DNA of 64,000 nucleotides from Vairimorpha necatrix (Eukaryota): NCBI GenBank assembly GCA_036630325.1, contig CP142735.1, positions 372,001 to 436,000 of the forward strand, read 5' to 3'. Shown piece by piece: positions 25,529 to 38,400 of this stretch (position 1 is its first letter; each line of letters starts with the position of its first letter). The notes under the pieces were generated by a model. It saw only the letters and a program-made list of their open reading frames with translations, ran no database searches and was not told where the DNA came from. The position numbers and the translations under genes were made by a program.

Positions 25529-25659
25529 ATCTTGTCTATTTAAGATTCTTAAATAGTTTTAGTTTCGGATCTGAAACATAGATGGTTTCAGATCATTATT
25601 AACTTTTTCATCTTTCAGTTTTAGTCTGATTATTGGCGTGTGCAACACAGCCGGTAACA
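25459..25659 (-). repeat. 5' LTR of G2
   Basis: TG...CA, adjacent to the PBS and to TSD ATTAT. Confidence 0.93.
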
Positions 25660-25668
25660 ATTATAAAA

Positions 25669-25815
25669 GGAGCATTTTCACTTTATGTCCCCCCTACATA
25701 TATAAATAAAAATTTTTAAAAAATCAAAATGGAAAAAAAGGAGGAGAAACATTTAAAATAATAAATTTATTAAAACATCGAAATAATTGTCTTTTGAATT
25801 TCTAAGTAAAATAAA
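25669..25815 (-). mobile_element. Merlin family E 3'-end fragment
   Basis: GGAGCATTTTCACTTTATG TIR. Matches 8036-8155 joined to 10435 onward, i.e. the empty site for Merlin F1. Confidence 0.8.
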
Positions 25816-27600
25816 TGTCACCGTTCGGAGCGGACGCAAAGGAAAATGCTTACTTGTGAAGGGTAAAAATTAAAAAAAAAAAATACCCGTTCGGAGCGGA
25901 CGCAGGGGAAAATGCTTACTTGAGAAGGGTAAAAAATAAAAAAAAATTGGTGTTTATTTGTAATTTGTATTTAAGGTTTCTTTAATTACAAGGGCATGAA
26001 AATAAAATTGAATAACAATGAAAGACAAGAAGTTTTTGTCTTTTTACAGACTGGTATGGTTCCAACAAGGTTGGTAGAGATTTAAGAACGAGATGCTTTC
26101 AGGAAAAAGGCACAAAATTTTACCTTTTTGAGGATATAATTGACGGCATCACAGAGCTCACGGTGAGATTTAAAGTAGGTCTATATAGAACATTAAGATT
26201 CTTTACCACCAACGAGCAACGATTCAAAATCGATTATATAAAATTGATCCATGTCTCAAATGGACATACGGGACGGGACAGATTGTTTCCATTATTGCAA
26301 ACAAAAGTCTACGACGCAACACAAAAAGATGTCCAGAGGGTCTTGAATAGCTGTGATACATGTCAATCAAAGAGAAATCTAGTAACTAGACCAGTTATCA
26401 GACCAATTGTAGCAATATATTCAAGGGAAAGATATGTTGCAGACTTGATTGATCTACGGCTATATCACGAACTCAATGAAGGATATATATGGTTATTGAA
26501 TATTGTAGATTCTTTTACCAAATTTTGCTGGGCAGTACCACTATATGACAAATCAAGTATTAGTGTAGGGAATGCTTTTGAAACATTGTTTAGGACGTTT
26601 GGTTCTTGTTATATACTTCATACTGATAACGGCAGAGAATTTGTAAATCAAACACTCGGCGATTTATGTCAGAAATATGAAATAAGACATGTAAGGGGGA
26701 GAGCTAGATGTCCATGGATACAAGGACAGATAGAACGATGCAATCAAACAATAAAGTGGATGATTGCATCTACTCACAGAACAAAAAATATTTTGGGTCA
26801 ATGGACCAAAGTACGTGAAGAAGTTACCTGGTCATATAATAATTTAAGACACTCTACTACGAGACAAACACCATTCTCTTTGATGTTTGGTAGACCCATA
26901 AGGAACATAATGGACGAGTCTAAAATCACGAGTATTTGAGAATAGTTTATAGCGAAAATCATGAACAAGAGTGTGAAGACGAAGAACGCACTGGAGAAAG
27001 TTTTCCAGATGTTCTAGATTGCAATACTAATGAAGAAATCTAGCAACTATATGCTCTTAATAACACAAACCTTTTTTAAATGAAATTTTTCATGATGCAG
27101 CAATAATTCATACACAAACTGCTGCAGATAGAATGGTACAAAGAAGTATGTGGAGAAATGATTTTTTTCGAATTTTAAATAGGAGATAGAGTCCTTATAA
27201 GACCTTATATAAACAACAATGTCTATACCAGAAGACATTCTCTTTATGAACATTTAGATGCTGAGGTCTATATTGTAACAGATATATAACAATTTAATAA
27301 AGTAGAATTATGCAAAGAAGATGAGAATGATATTATAATAGAAGAAATAAGTACTAGAGATCTAAGGTTGCTTGGTAATAATAAAGTACTAAAAATTTTG
27401 TTTATTTTATTTTTCACCTTTTTTTCAATATTCCCACCCATTATTATGAAAAAAATAGCAAAAATTCCCCCCTCAAAAAATCAGAAGAAATTTGAGCTGT
27501 CTTAAAGACGAACAATTATTTGTTCTTATTTTCTGGTTCGCCCCTGACTGAAGAGATTTTTTTTAATTTTTTACCCTGGCGTTCGCTCCGAACTGTGACA
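25816..27600 (+). mobile_element. Ginger-like integrase DNA transposon
   Basis: TIR TGTCAC.GTTCGGAGCG.ACGC, TSD ATAAA and two ~66-bp subterminal repeats. Integrase ORF 26163-26939 with HHCC and DDE core (DLID, TDNGREF, QIER). N- and C-termini are disrupted. Confidence 0.9.
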
Positions 27601-27605
27601 ATAAA

Positions 27606-29897
27606 TGTCACGAGCCCAGCTGGTTACCCGAGCCGGACTGGTTACCAAAAAAAAGAGTTTTATAAAAGAAACCCCCAAAAGGTATTCTAAATGCTCTGAG
27701 GAGTTGTTTAACGTGTTTAGCCTTAAACCTATTTCAATAACACTCAATATTTAAATTTAAAAATAAAAAATAATCAAAAAAATAAAAGACAACTTTCTTA
27801 AGAATTTTCACTACTTTTTTTATCTAATTTTTATATAAATTTATCTTCTATTTAATATTTTGAAATTTAAAAAACTTCTAAAATTTCCATTAATATTTTT
27901 ATCAGTAAAATTTTTATTATAATACGCATTTTAAAATTATATAAATATTTTCAATTATAAAAGTTGTTTGTTATAAATTTAAATACTAATTTTTTACTAA
28001 AAAACTATATTTTAATTGATTAAAGCGGGTTACACGTCGAATTATATTCTCAATTTTTTTTAGAATAATTTGTAATTGTGGAAAAGTTAAAAATATAATT
28101 TACACAATGAGTTGGGGAATATCAATGATTGGTCTTGAGAATCGTAAACAAAGATTATAAATCTAGATTTCTGTAATTAAATTAATTGTACAATGAAAAT
28201 AGGACAATCTATAAATATTATCAGTTGTTTATATATAATTCGATATACTAATGACACATATATTTTTTATGATGAATTATATTAACGCTGGAATAGAAAT
28301 ATGATAAGTATTGAAAAAAATCTAGTTCAAATTTTAAAGTAAATTAGAAAGAATAATAACTCAATTTAACAAAGCTTAACTATTTTTTTAAATTTTTTAC
28401 CAAATTCATAGACACAATTTCTTCAGAATCTTTAAACTTAACCTTTAACCTATTATTAGACAAAATTTTTAATACTTCTCCTGGTTCAGATTAAAACGAG
28501 CTTAATTTTAACTTTTTTGTTTTGGAATTAGCATCAAAATCTTTTTTAATATTACTTTATCTCCTATAACAAAATTATTGATAGAACGATGAACGCATTT
28601 TTTGTCCATTCTTAAGAGATATTTTCCGTCTACCATAGATCTATTTTCTCGCCCAAAGTCAAAATCCAAGTCTTCATCTTTGATTTCCTCGTCGTTAATA
28701 CTGCTTTTACAAGTATTATATCCCTTCCTTCCATAAAATAAATTCAAATGCAGATTTTTTTTTTGTTGCAGAACGTACTGCGATGTTGTATTGATAAACA
28801 ACTATGTCAATGAATAAGAACCAGTTTTTATTATTTGGACCAAATTCTGCGTAGAGGTGTTTTTGTAAGTATCGAGTAAAGGAACGAATTAATCTCATAA
28901 CTTGACCTTGACTCTGAGGATGCCGGGGTCTGCCATGAACTAGTAAAATTTTATTCTAATCGCAGAATTCAGATAAAAGTGAATTTTTAAATTCTTTACC
29001 ATTATCACACTGAAGTTCACTTGGAAGCCCATACCGATTATAATGCAATTTCAAATGTAATAAAACTTCCGAAGCAGTTTTAGTTTTCAACACAGAAGTA
29101 AATGCATACTTAGAATACACATCTATAGCTGTTAGTAACCGACTATTTCCTTCGTTTTGGTCGGCATAAACCCTCATGTCTACCAGGTCGATAATAATCC
29201 TCTCAAGTGCCTTTTAGCTAATATATGCTTGTAGGTTTCCTTTGTTTTTAGAGGTTGTGCCTGTAAACAAACATTGCACTCTTTTCAAACCTCACGCACA
29301 AGACTTCTTGGGATAGTGAAGTAAAATTGCTGACACAACTCATATAAACGATTGTGTCCATAATGATACTAACTATGTAGAGTGTGTACTTCCAATTTCA
29401 TTGGCTGTACTTTACTCTCTTAACTACCCTTTTATGTAAGCCAGAAATATCTCTTAGAAAGAAATAATATCTGCAAGAGGATACTTTTCGGCTCTTTTCC
29501 TCGGCTTATACCTTGCTTGTTTGTCGATGATTGTGGTCAAATCATCTTCTTGGAGGATTTTTACCAGAATATCATACTCTTCTTGGGGGTTGATCCCTTT
29601 CATTGAGGGGATAAAAAAATATTTTCCAAAAAGTTAAAATTTGTTTGAATATACGATTTTTTTTTATTTTTAAGCTATTTGGCTCAGTGATACTATTGCG
29701 TCTTTGACTTCGGTATATTTGGTTTGAGTCTCATATGGCTAAAAAATTTAGTAAAAAAATTAAAAATGTTTTTTGTGATAAAACTAACGGAAACTTGGCA
29801 TAAATTATGAAAATATAGATCATAAATAAAAATTAAAAAATATAAGAAAATAATCTGGAAACCAGTCCGTCTCGGGTAACCAGTTGGGCTCGCGACA
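27606..29897 (-). mobile_element. Ginger-like integrase DNA transposon, different family, decayed
   Basis: About 38-bp TIR TGTC.CGAGCCCA.CTGGTTACCCGAG.CGGACTGGTT. Integrase fragments (IDVYSKY, CDNGKEF, HPQSQGQV). No matching TSD. Confidence 0.87.
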
Positions 29898-30475
29898 GAA
29901 AATAAATTAAAAACCATTTTTGTTTCATTTGCATGGGGAATTTAAAATTAAACAAAAAAGCCCCAAATAAACTCAAATGTTCGACGAGAACATGTAGAAA
30001 AGCAACGGTTTTAACAAAAAAAACCTTTTTTTCAAAGCAAGACTGCCATGGTTGATAATATGCAAGGTGATTTTTTTGGTTCTAGGATAGTTCGCCGACT
30101 ATCAATTCACCGACAGCAATTTACCGAAAACAAATTCACCGAAAAATTGAAATATATATTTTTATGAGAATATTTTTGATAATATATTCATATATATGTT
30201 CAATTTAAATTTTTTTATGTATGGATCATATATGTTGTGCAATATAGAATTTGAATATTAATATATTTACATCACTGGCGTGTTTACCGGGGAGCTTGCC
30301 TGGGCAAGTAAGCATTTAATAATGCTACGGTTTGGAGTGCCGTAAAACATGGAGTTTAGATAGTTTGAAGGAAAGGATTGTTTATTGTTACAAAAAGAGT
30401 TTGGCTTATTTGAATTATCGAGGGAAGAGTGTTTGTTAGTGTTCGAGTGATGTACCATGTCGATAATGTATTTTC

Positions 30476-30524
30476 TGTTATATTCTGTAATATGATTGAC
30501 CCCAATTTATGATAAATAAAGACA
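30476..30524 (+). repeat. 5' LTR of SL2 (49 bp)
   Basis: TGTTATATTC...AAAGACA. 48/49 identical to 39595-39643. Confidence 0.92.
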
Positions 30525-31264
30525 TGGCGAACACAAGAAACAAAAAGTCAGCAAGTGGGACTGTGGTCAGGTGATCAGAACGATATGGAATGAGTTTAGT
30601 ATTATTATGTATGGATTGAGAGAACAGAAAGGGATTGAATTGAAAGATATTTATAGTTTGGGTTCAGAGGATTTGAGAAATTTTATGGTAGAATATGTGA
30701 GGAAGGAGGACGGAATTGAGAAAATGGAGAAAATTTTAGAAGAGATGTATAGAGTAGAGGAAGAGCAGAGAGGAGAGAAAGAGATGTTGAAGTAGATGAC
30801 GGAGAGAATCGTCAGAGAGGTAAAAGGAGAGATTGAACAGCAGAGGCGTTAGGCTGTGAGAAGAAGAGTTATAAGATTTTATGAGTGTCAGAGAATGGTA
30901 CATAAGAGTGATAGATGTTATTACAAATATAAAGGAAAAGAAAATAAAAAGGAGTGCAATGCAGTCTACGAAGATGATAGTAGTGTTAGTGAGCGGAGTG
31001 GATATAGGATGACAGCAGCCGCGAAGAGGCAAAAGAATCCTTCAATTAGAGAACTTCCAAAAAGAAAAAATGAAGTTGAGGCAGCTGGAAGCGTTTTAGG
31101 ACTAAAAAACTGAAGACAAAATATAGAAAAGTATTTAGTTCGGGAGACGAGGTTATAGAATATTGTACGATTGAGAAATGTAAGATAAAAACACAAGAGG
31201 GTGCTAAAGTATTGAAGAAAGGACAGTGCATACCTCAAGCATTAATAGAGGATACTGAAAATTT

Positions 31265-32384
31265 GGTGCTTCTTTCGTATTCGATCGTACCCAAAGACCC
31301 CTCCCCCTTGTAAAGGAAAAAAATGAAAAAAATAATGAAAAAAATAATGAAAAAATAGAAAAAAATGCTAGAAATATAATTTTAATTAAATAAATTAGAT
31401 AATAAATAAAGATAACAATCATAAAACTTATTTAAATTGTCATCTTTACAATAAAATTTCCTAAACATAAATTCAATAAGCCAAGTATCAATTTCTTACG
31501 CTTAACTCCATGTTCCTTGGTCATTTCAGATTTAAACTGCGACCAAATGTTCTCAATATTGTTGCTATGAGTTCCATCTGGAGATCTAAAACCTAAAGAA
31601 TGATTTACAACCTTATGCTCGAGACAAAGATTTCGAGCCAAACCCGGATAACTTGGATGACCATCACTATGTAAAATTGAACCGATACCTATTTTACTTT
31701 TTAAAGCCTCTGTTAAACACTCTACGGTTCTGTTCTCAACTCTTGTAATATAAAAGTTTGTGGGATTATCAGCCTCTACCATCCCTAATATCCAAACAAC
31801 GTCAGGAATTGAATCGTCTGAGCTTGTTGGATATCTTATTTTACATCTTCTACAGATGACAGACTCATCAACTTGGACAATTTTACCTGGTCCACCAATA
31901 ATTAGACTTTTAGACATTCTATTTTTAAAAATTTGTCTAAGTCGTTTTTTTGCTTTGGCTACAGTTGAAGACGAAACTCCCAATTTTGCTTCTAAAATAA
32001 AATAGCTACTTCTACATAGATTTAAAATTATTTTCGCAGTAGTTTTTCAAAGACAACTTGCTTCCTTTATTTATGGATACCTTTGCACTGCACTTATAGT
32101 CTGTGCACCTGTATACCACTCTTTTAATGCCTTTTTCATTAAATAACATCAATTTTGCAACCTCACTGCATTTAAAACATATTTTTTTGTTCTGAGAGCA
32201 CTTCTAACTCAATTAATAAGTTAAAACAATTGTCATTGCCGTAGAAAAGCCTCTGTATTGGCTTGATTTTCACTTTCGTGCTTTTCTTCGGTATTCGATC
32301 AGAAATTTCAAAATCCGAATTTTTCATTTTTAGGGGTCGTGAATTTTTTTAAAAAAATCTCTGATCGAATACCAAAGAAGCACC
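31265..32384 (-). mobile_element. Merlin family J, inserted in SL2
   Basis: TIR GGTGCTTCTTT.GTATTCGATC and TSD GAAAATTT. Broken transposase (VQVDES, HSDGHPSY, NIENIWS). Confidence 0.93.
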
Positions 32385-33444
32385 GAAAATTTTATTAAAG
32401 GACTGGAAAAGAGGAAGGTAATAAGAAGGTCGAATTCGGAATGGAGAAATCCAATAAGAGCGTTAAGAAAGTAAGATGGCGGAATAAGGCTAGTGAGTAA
32501 TTTTATGGCCTTGAATGATTTGGTTGAAAAGGATCCTTATGAGTTAGTTAATATAAGAGACATAATTAGGAATACATAGGGTTCAAAATATTTTACGGTA
32601 ATTGACTTAAAGGAAGGATTTTATAGTATTTAGATCGGCGAGGCAGATAAACATAAAACTGCATTTGAATTTAATAGAAGGGTTTATGGATGGAATAGTA
32701 TGGTTATGGGATACAAGAACTACCCGCAGATTTTACAAAGAATAATGAATAAATTGTTTGCGAGACACTTGAGAAAAGGAATAGAAGTGTATATGGATGA
32801 TATTGTTATACATGCAGCGACGAGAGAGAAGCACGATATATTTTTAGGAGAAGCACTTAGGAAGTTGGAAGATAATAAGATGAGGATTAATATTAATAAG
32901 GTACAGTTATGCTTGAAGGAGGTAAAGCTATCGGGGGTTACACTGAATGGTTTAGAGATAACACCGTCTGAAATAAAACAAAACGAAGCGTTAGAATTCC
33001 CAGGGCCATAAACCGTGTCAGAGGTAAGGAGATTTTTAGGATTAACAGGATGATTTAGAAGCTTTATAAAAAATTATGCGGATTCAACGGTACATTTGAC
33101 CGACAGTTTGAAGGGTATGAACGAATGGAAATGGACAGAAAATATGAAAGATGAATTTGTCAAGTTGAAAGGAAAGGTTAAGACATTGGGGAAGTTGAAG
33201 ATAGTTAATTATGAAAAAGAGTTTTATTGAGAACAGATGCGTTTAACATAGGAATGGGCGCAGTATTAATGCAAAAGAATGACGAAGAGGAGTGGGGGCC
33301 GGTACAGTGGGCTTCGAAAAAGTTTACTCCTACGGAATCAAAATACGGAATAAGCGAGAAAGAGATGTATGCGATCTACTGGGGAATCAAAAAGTTCGAA
33401 TATGAATTAAGAGGTCGTAAATTTAAAGTTGAAACAGACCATAA

Positions 33445-34659
33445 GGCGCAACGGTCGGAACCCGGACTTTCCATAATATTTTACGTACTGAATCCGGGTA
33501 CTGACCGTAAAGTGGGGGAATGTTTTTTACGAACCATATCCCCAAGAGTCGAAATTTTACAGATTTGTTTAAATTTCATTCGCATTAACATTTCTTGAGT
33601 TATAAACATTTTTGTTTTTTAGATGATTTTTTCAAAAATATTTTACCCTTATGGTATGTATGGAGCCGCTTGACAGTAGGTCGAAAATATTCCAAGACCC
33701 ACATGAGGCAATATGTTGGTTAGTGGATGAAAATCTATTAAAAACAACAATGGAATGTACGAAATGTCCTGGTATAATGATATTAACACCGGACGATTCG
33801 TACATGAACTGCCACCGGTTTAAGTGTAGGGGGAAGACTGGATGTGGAACATCAATCGGAGTTTTTGATAAAACTTCATTTTCTAATCCCCGAATACCTA
33901 TACATAATTATTTGTATATTCTGTATTCGTTCGCTGAAAAGCAGTCTACACTAAACCTAAACAAAAATTCTCGGGTGTCTGCTTCCAGTGTCTTCGGGGC
34001 TAAAAAAAAAAATATACGAAGCACTGAAAAAAGAAAATCTCAAACACCAAAAAAAATTATGGATTTGAAGAAGTGACACAGACCGATGAAACGGTTATAG
34101 TAAAGGTGAAGTTTGTAAATCTCCATCGGAAAGATATGACACAGTCAAAAACTGTGTGTGGTTGGTAGGGACGAAAGACGAGCGAAAGTTAGAACTGAGA
34201 ATCGAAATAGTACCTAACCGGACTATACAGACGATGACTCGGTTTTTTAAAAAGTATATAAAAAACGACACTACATGCATAACTGATGGTCATAAATCTT
34301 ATCCCGCTGCAGTAGAATCTATAAACGGTGATCATCGCGTTGTAATTCATGATGAAGGCTTTAAAAACGAAGCAGGAGAGACCACAAACTTAATAGAAGG
34401 TGCTTGGTCACATCTTAAATGTGATATAATAGCTAGAAAGGGGATCAAAGAAAGTGCTATCCCTGATTTTTTGGAAGAATTTAAGTGAAGAAGAAGATGT
34501 GCAATTTATAAAAACATCAAAAGTTCAAGAGAGTTCTTCATTGAAATTATCAAAGTTTTCTTAGAATCAAATGGTTTTTTATTATTATTTTTTTTTTTCG
34601 TTTCTCTCCAAGGGGGGACCCCTAGAGAGAAAAAAAGTCCGGGTTCTGACCGATGCGCC
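33445..34659 (+). mobile_element. Merlin family C copy 2, inserted in SL2 RNase H
   Basis: TIR GGCGCA.CGGTC and TSD GACCATAA. Collinear with 5532-6742. Frameshift and stop. Confidence 0.94.
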
Positions 34660-35386
34660 GACCATAAAGCTTTGATAGAAATCAGGAGAAAGCCACAATT
34701 CGATAATAATAGGAATAATAGGTGGATAGAGAAGATTCAAGAGTTTGATTTTACAATTGAGTACATGAAGCCAGATATAATGGTAGTGGCCGATGCGTTA
34801 AGTAGAGAGCCCGTTGAAGAGACTGGGAAAGAGGAAATGATAAAGAAAAGAACAGTGAAACAAATTGAAGGAAAAGAGAAGAAACATACAGTATATGAAG
34901 ATGGAAAGGAATACCGGGTCTTTGATAGTGGTATAAGAGCAGAGATACCAAAGGAGAAAAAAAGGGCAAAGTTAATAAAAGAATATCACGAAAGTTGAAG
35001 TCATCGTAGTCTTGGAAGTGTTTATTATGCGATGAAGAAGCTTTACTATTGGTTAGGGATGAAGTCAGAGACTTATAATGAGTTATTGAAGTGTGAAAGA
35101 TGTCAAATTTATAATAGGAAGAAGTTGGGCGGATGTGTTTTTATTATTACCAGTAGATATTTAAAGAAAGTAGCTTTTGATTTGATTGATTTTCGCGACG
35201 AATGTAGGTACGTTTTGATTGGTGTTTATTACCATACTAGACTGATTTGGGGAATGAGCACGAAGGAAAAAAAGGCTCAGAATGTTGCTTGGTTTATAGA
35301 TAGTTTATGTAGGAACGGAAAACGACCAGAGGAAATAATAACCGATAATGGCAAGGAATTTGTTAACGAGGATCTTAGGATATTAT

Positions 35387-35495
35387 TGTAGGAAGTGCCA
35401 CAGATGTCAAATATATTGTGTCTGTGTTTTGATATATTTGACATGTTGTTTCTTAAATATTTTATAATAAATAAACCCATGTTTTCATTCCAACA
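35387..35495 (+). repeat. 5' LTR of G3
   Basis: TGT...ACA. Identical to 38977-39085. Confidence 0.96.
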
Positions 35496-38400
35496 ATTTG
35501 GCGAGAACGACAAGAAAGAGTTGATATTTAGAAATGAAGAGGACGATGACCCACAGCAGTTCGTGGAGGACATTTTAGAGGTGGGGAGGTTGCTGGAGTA
35601 CAGCGAGGGGAAACTGATGCTCCTGTTCAAAATGTCTCTAAAGGATGAAGCGAGAGACTGGCTTAATTCACTGCCAGTAGGACTTAGATTTGATAAGCTA
35701 ATTGAATTATTTAAAGAAAGATTTTTTAGTAAAATGCAGTTAAAAATATGCATTGATAAACTTTCGGCGTTAGTATACCATGGAGGCTCGATTTTAAATT
35801 ATTTGGATAAGATGGCGGGACTAGCACGCAAAGGTAATGTCCCGGAGAGTATATTAATTGCCTTTGCGTTAAAAGGACTACCCAAGGATTTGGCAAATTT
35901 GGTGCTAGTAAATAATAAAGATACCTTATCGTGGAGGTACATTTACAGAGCTCTGAGTAGTATGAAGTCAGCGAATGTCCAAAGATATACAGAAGTGGCT
36001 CGAGGAGAATCTAGGGAGGTAGATGCGATAAAAGAAAAGGTCTGGTGGAACAATAATGAGAAAACAGAAAAAAATGGAAAAATTAAGTGTTTTATTTGCG
36101 GGAAAAGGGGCCATATGGTTTCACAATGCAAATTCAATAGCTTCCATAAGAATGTTAGAGCTGTAGAAAAGGCCACAGAGAAGGAGGAACAAAATGAGGA
36201 AAATGATTCTTATAAGTTTATTTTTAACTATTCCGTTTCGAAGTCTAAGGACATTAGAACAACACTTAAAGCTGCGCCATTAATCAATTCAGGAGGAAAA
36301 TTCAAAGTACTGATTGATACAGGAGCCGATTTAAATCTTATTAGACCAGAACTGTTACCGAATAAAACTGTTGTTAATATTTCGAAACAACAGCTTAGAG
36401 CAGCAAATGGTTCGAGGATAAAAATTATTGGTGAAACGGTAGTTAAAATTAAAATTGATGGGATGATATTTGAGGATAAATTCATTATAACAAGAGATAT
36501 CACAATCCCATGCATCATAGGACATGGGCTACTCGATAAATACAGAATTAGTTTAAGATTTGGGGATAATAGAATGGAAATTGAATCTGGACAAATGGCA
36601 AAGGGTAAAGCCATAGGATACCATAAAATCATCACGAAGGATGATAACCCAATATTATCACAGTTATACAAGTTGGGTGCTGCAAAAGAGGACATAGCAT
36701 CGAAAATAATAAAAGAATATCTTAGCTTAGGAATAATAAGACCTAGTGAAAGTTCATGGAGAAGCCCAATAATTATTGTTCCAAAAAAGAATGGAGACCA
36801 TAGGCTATGCGTGGATTATAGAAGACTAAATGACGTGACGATTAGGGATGCATATCCAATGCCCCGTGTAGAAGAATTCATAAACGCATTAGAAGGTGCT
36901 ACTTACTTTACCAAATTAGACGCTGAATCTGGCTATCACCAAATAGATATGGCGCCTTGTGATATTGAGAAGACAGCTTTTGCCTGTAGAGAAGGGTTAT
37001 TCGAATTTACTAAAATGCCATTTGGGCTTGTTAACGGACCAGCTACATTTCAGCGGGTGATGAATGATATATTAAGGGAATTTTTGTTTAAGTTTGTTGT
37101 AGTATATATGGATGATATACTAATTTATAGTAAAACTGAAGAAGACCATAGGAGAGATGTTCAAATGGTATTGGAAAAGCTCAAATCGGTAGGATTGAAA
37201 CTTAATCAGGAGAAATGCGAATTTAAGAAGACCGAGTTAAGAATTTTAGGTCATGTAATATCAAAGGAAGGAATAAGGGTAGATGAAGAGAGAGTGAGGA
37301 GTATTCAGAAGCTACCAATCCCTAAAAATAAGAAAAAGCTACAATCATTGTTGGGGTTGTATAACTACTGTGCAAAATTTATAAAAAACAGTCACAAGAT
37401 AATTAGCCCATTATTTGATATAATCAGGCTCAAGAATGAGGACGCTGAGAACTTTTGGAAAAATGTAGAACAAAACGCTAAATATCGTAAGGATATTGAA
37501 GAGGTAAAACAGGCCATGAAGAGAACGGCCTTGTTGACTATCCCAAACTTGAAGGATAAGTTCATTTTGACAACAGATGCATCAAACGAGGGATGTGGCG
37601 CCACTTTGGCACAAGTAATTGGAGGAAAAGAAAAGATTGTTTCTTATTACAGCTCCCTGCACTCAAAGACGGAAAAGAATTACTCCACGACGGAACAAGA
37701 ACTATTGGCGGTAATAAAATCCATTCAACATTTCAGAGAATACTTATTATTAGGTAAGTTTACATTAAAAACTGATCATCAAGCTCTGAAATATTTGTTT
37801 AAGTCTAGAAACGTCAAAGCTAGGCTGGCTAGATGGTCATTGATTTTACAAGAATATGACTTTGATATTGTGTATATAACAGGACCATCAAACCATACAG
37901 ATCACCTGAGCAGAGAATTTAAAAAGGAGGGAGAGAATGTTTTGGAAATTCATTTAGTACAAAAGAAAGTTATAAAAAAAGAGAGAACATCGGTATTGTT
38001 AAAGTTTTATCATGATTTATTGGGCCACGGATCAAAACAAAACATGAAGTACAATATTGGTCAAAAATACACCTGGAAGCATATGAACAAAGATATAGAA
38101 GACTATGTAGACAACTGTGAAGTTTGTCAAAAGGAAAAACCTCAGAGAAAATTTAAAGATATTGTACCAGTGGTAGCAAATAAATTAGGAGAAATCTGGG
38201 AGTTAGACATGGTAGGCCCTCTGAAAGAGAGTGAGCAAGGATACAAGTTTTTATTAACAATGATAGACCATTTCTCAAAAATCGCAGAGGTAGTGCCGGT
38301 TTATACAAAGGATATGAATACGGTTGTTTATTTGATCGATAAACATATAGTCAGGAAACATGGAGTTCCGAAAGCCATACTAACTGATAATGGTAAAGAG

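Larger units (their letters stand above)
21873..25659 (-). mobile_element. Ty3/gypsy retrotransposon G2, full-length, decayed
   Basis: About 200-bp LTRs TGTTACC...GGTAACA, TSD ATTAT, PBS TGGCGACAAC and PPT at 22073-22084. gag, degenerate protease, RT (MPFGLTNAPATFQ), RNase H and integrase (SDQGLEF, GPY), with frameshifts. Confidence 0.95.

Noticed and set aside
25821-25950. Two ~66-bp GC-rich tandem repeats as an ncRNA or array
   Set aside because: They begin with the Ginger-like TIR sequence and are subterminal repeats.
35395-35478. GTG-initiated N-terminal extension of G3 gag-pol
   Set aside because: Lies in the U3 hairpin region with a non-ATG start. CCC-ATG at 35479 fits the local pattern better, though upstream in-frame ATGs cannot be excluded.
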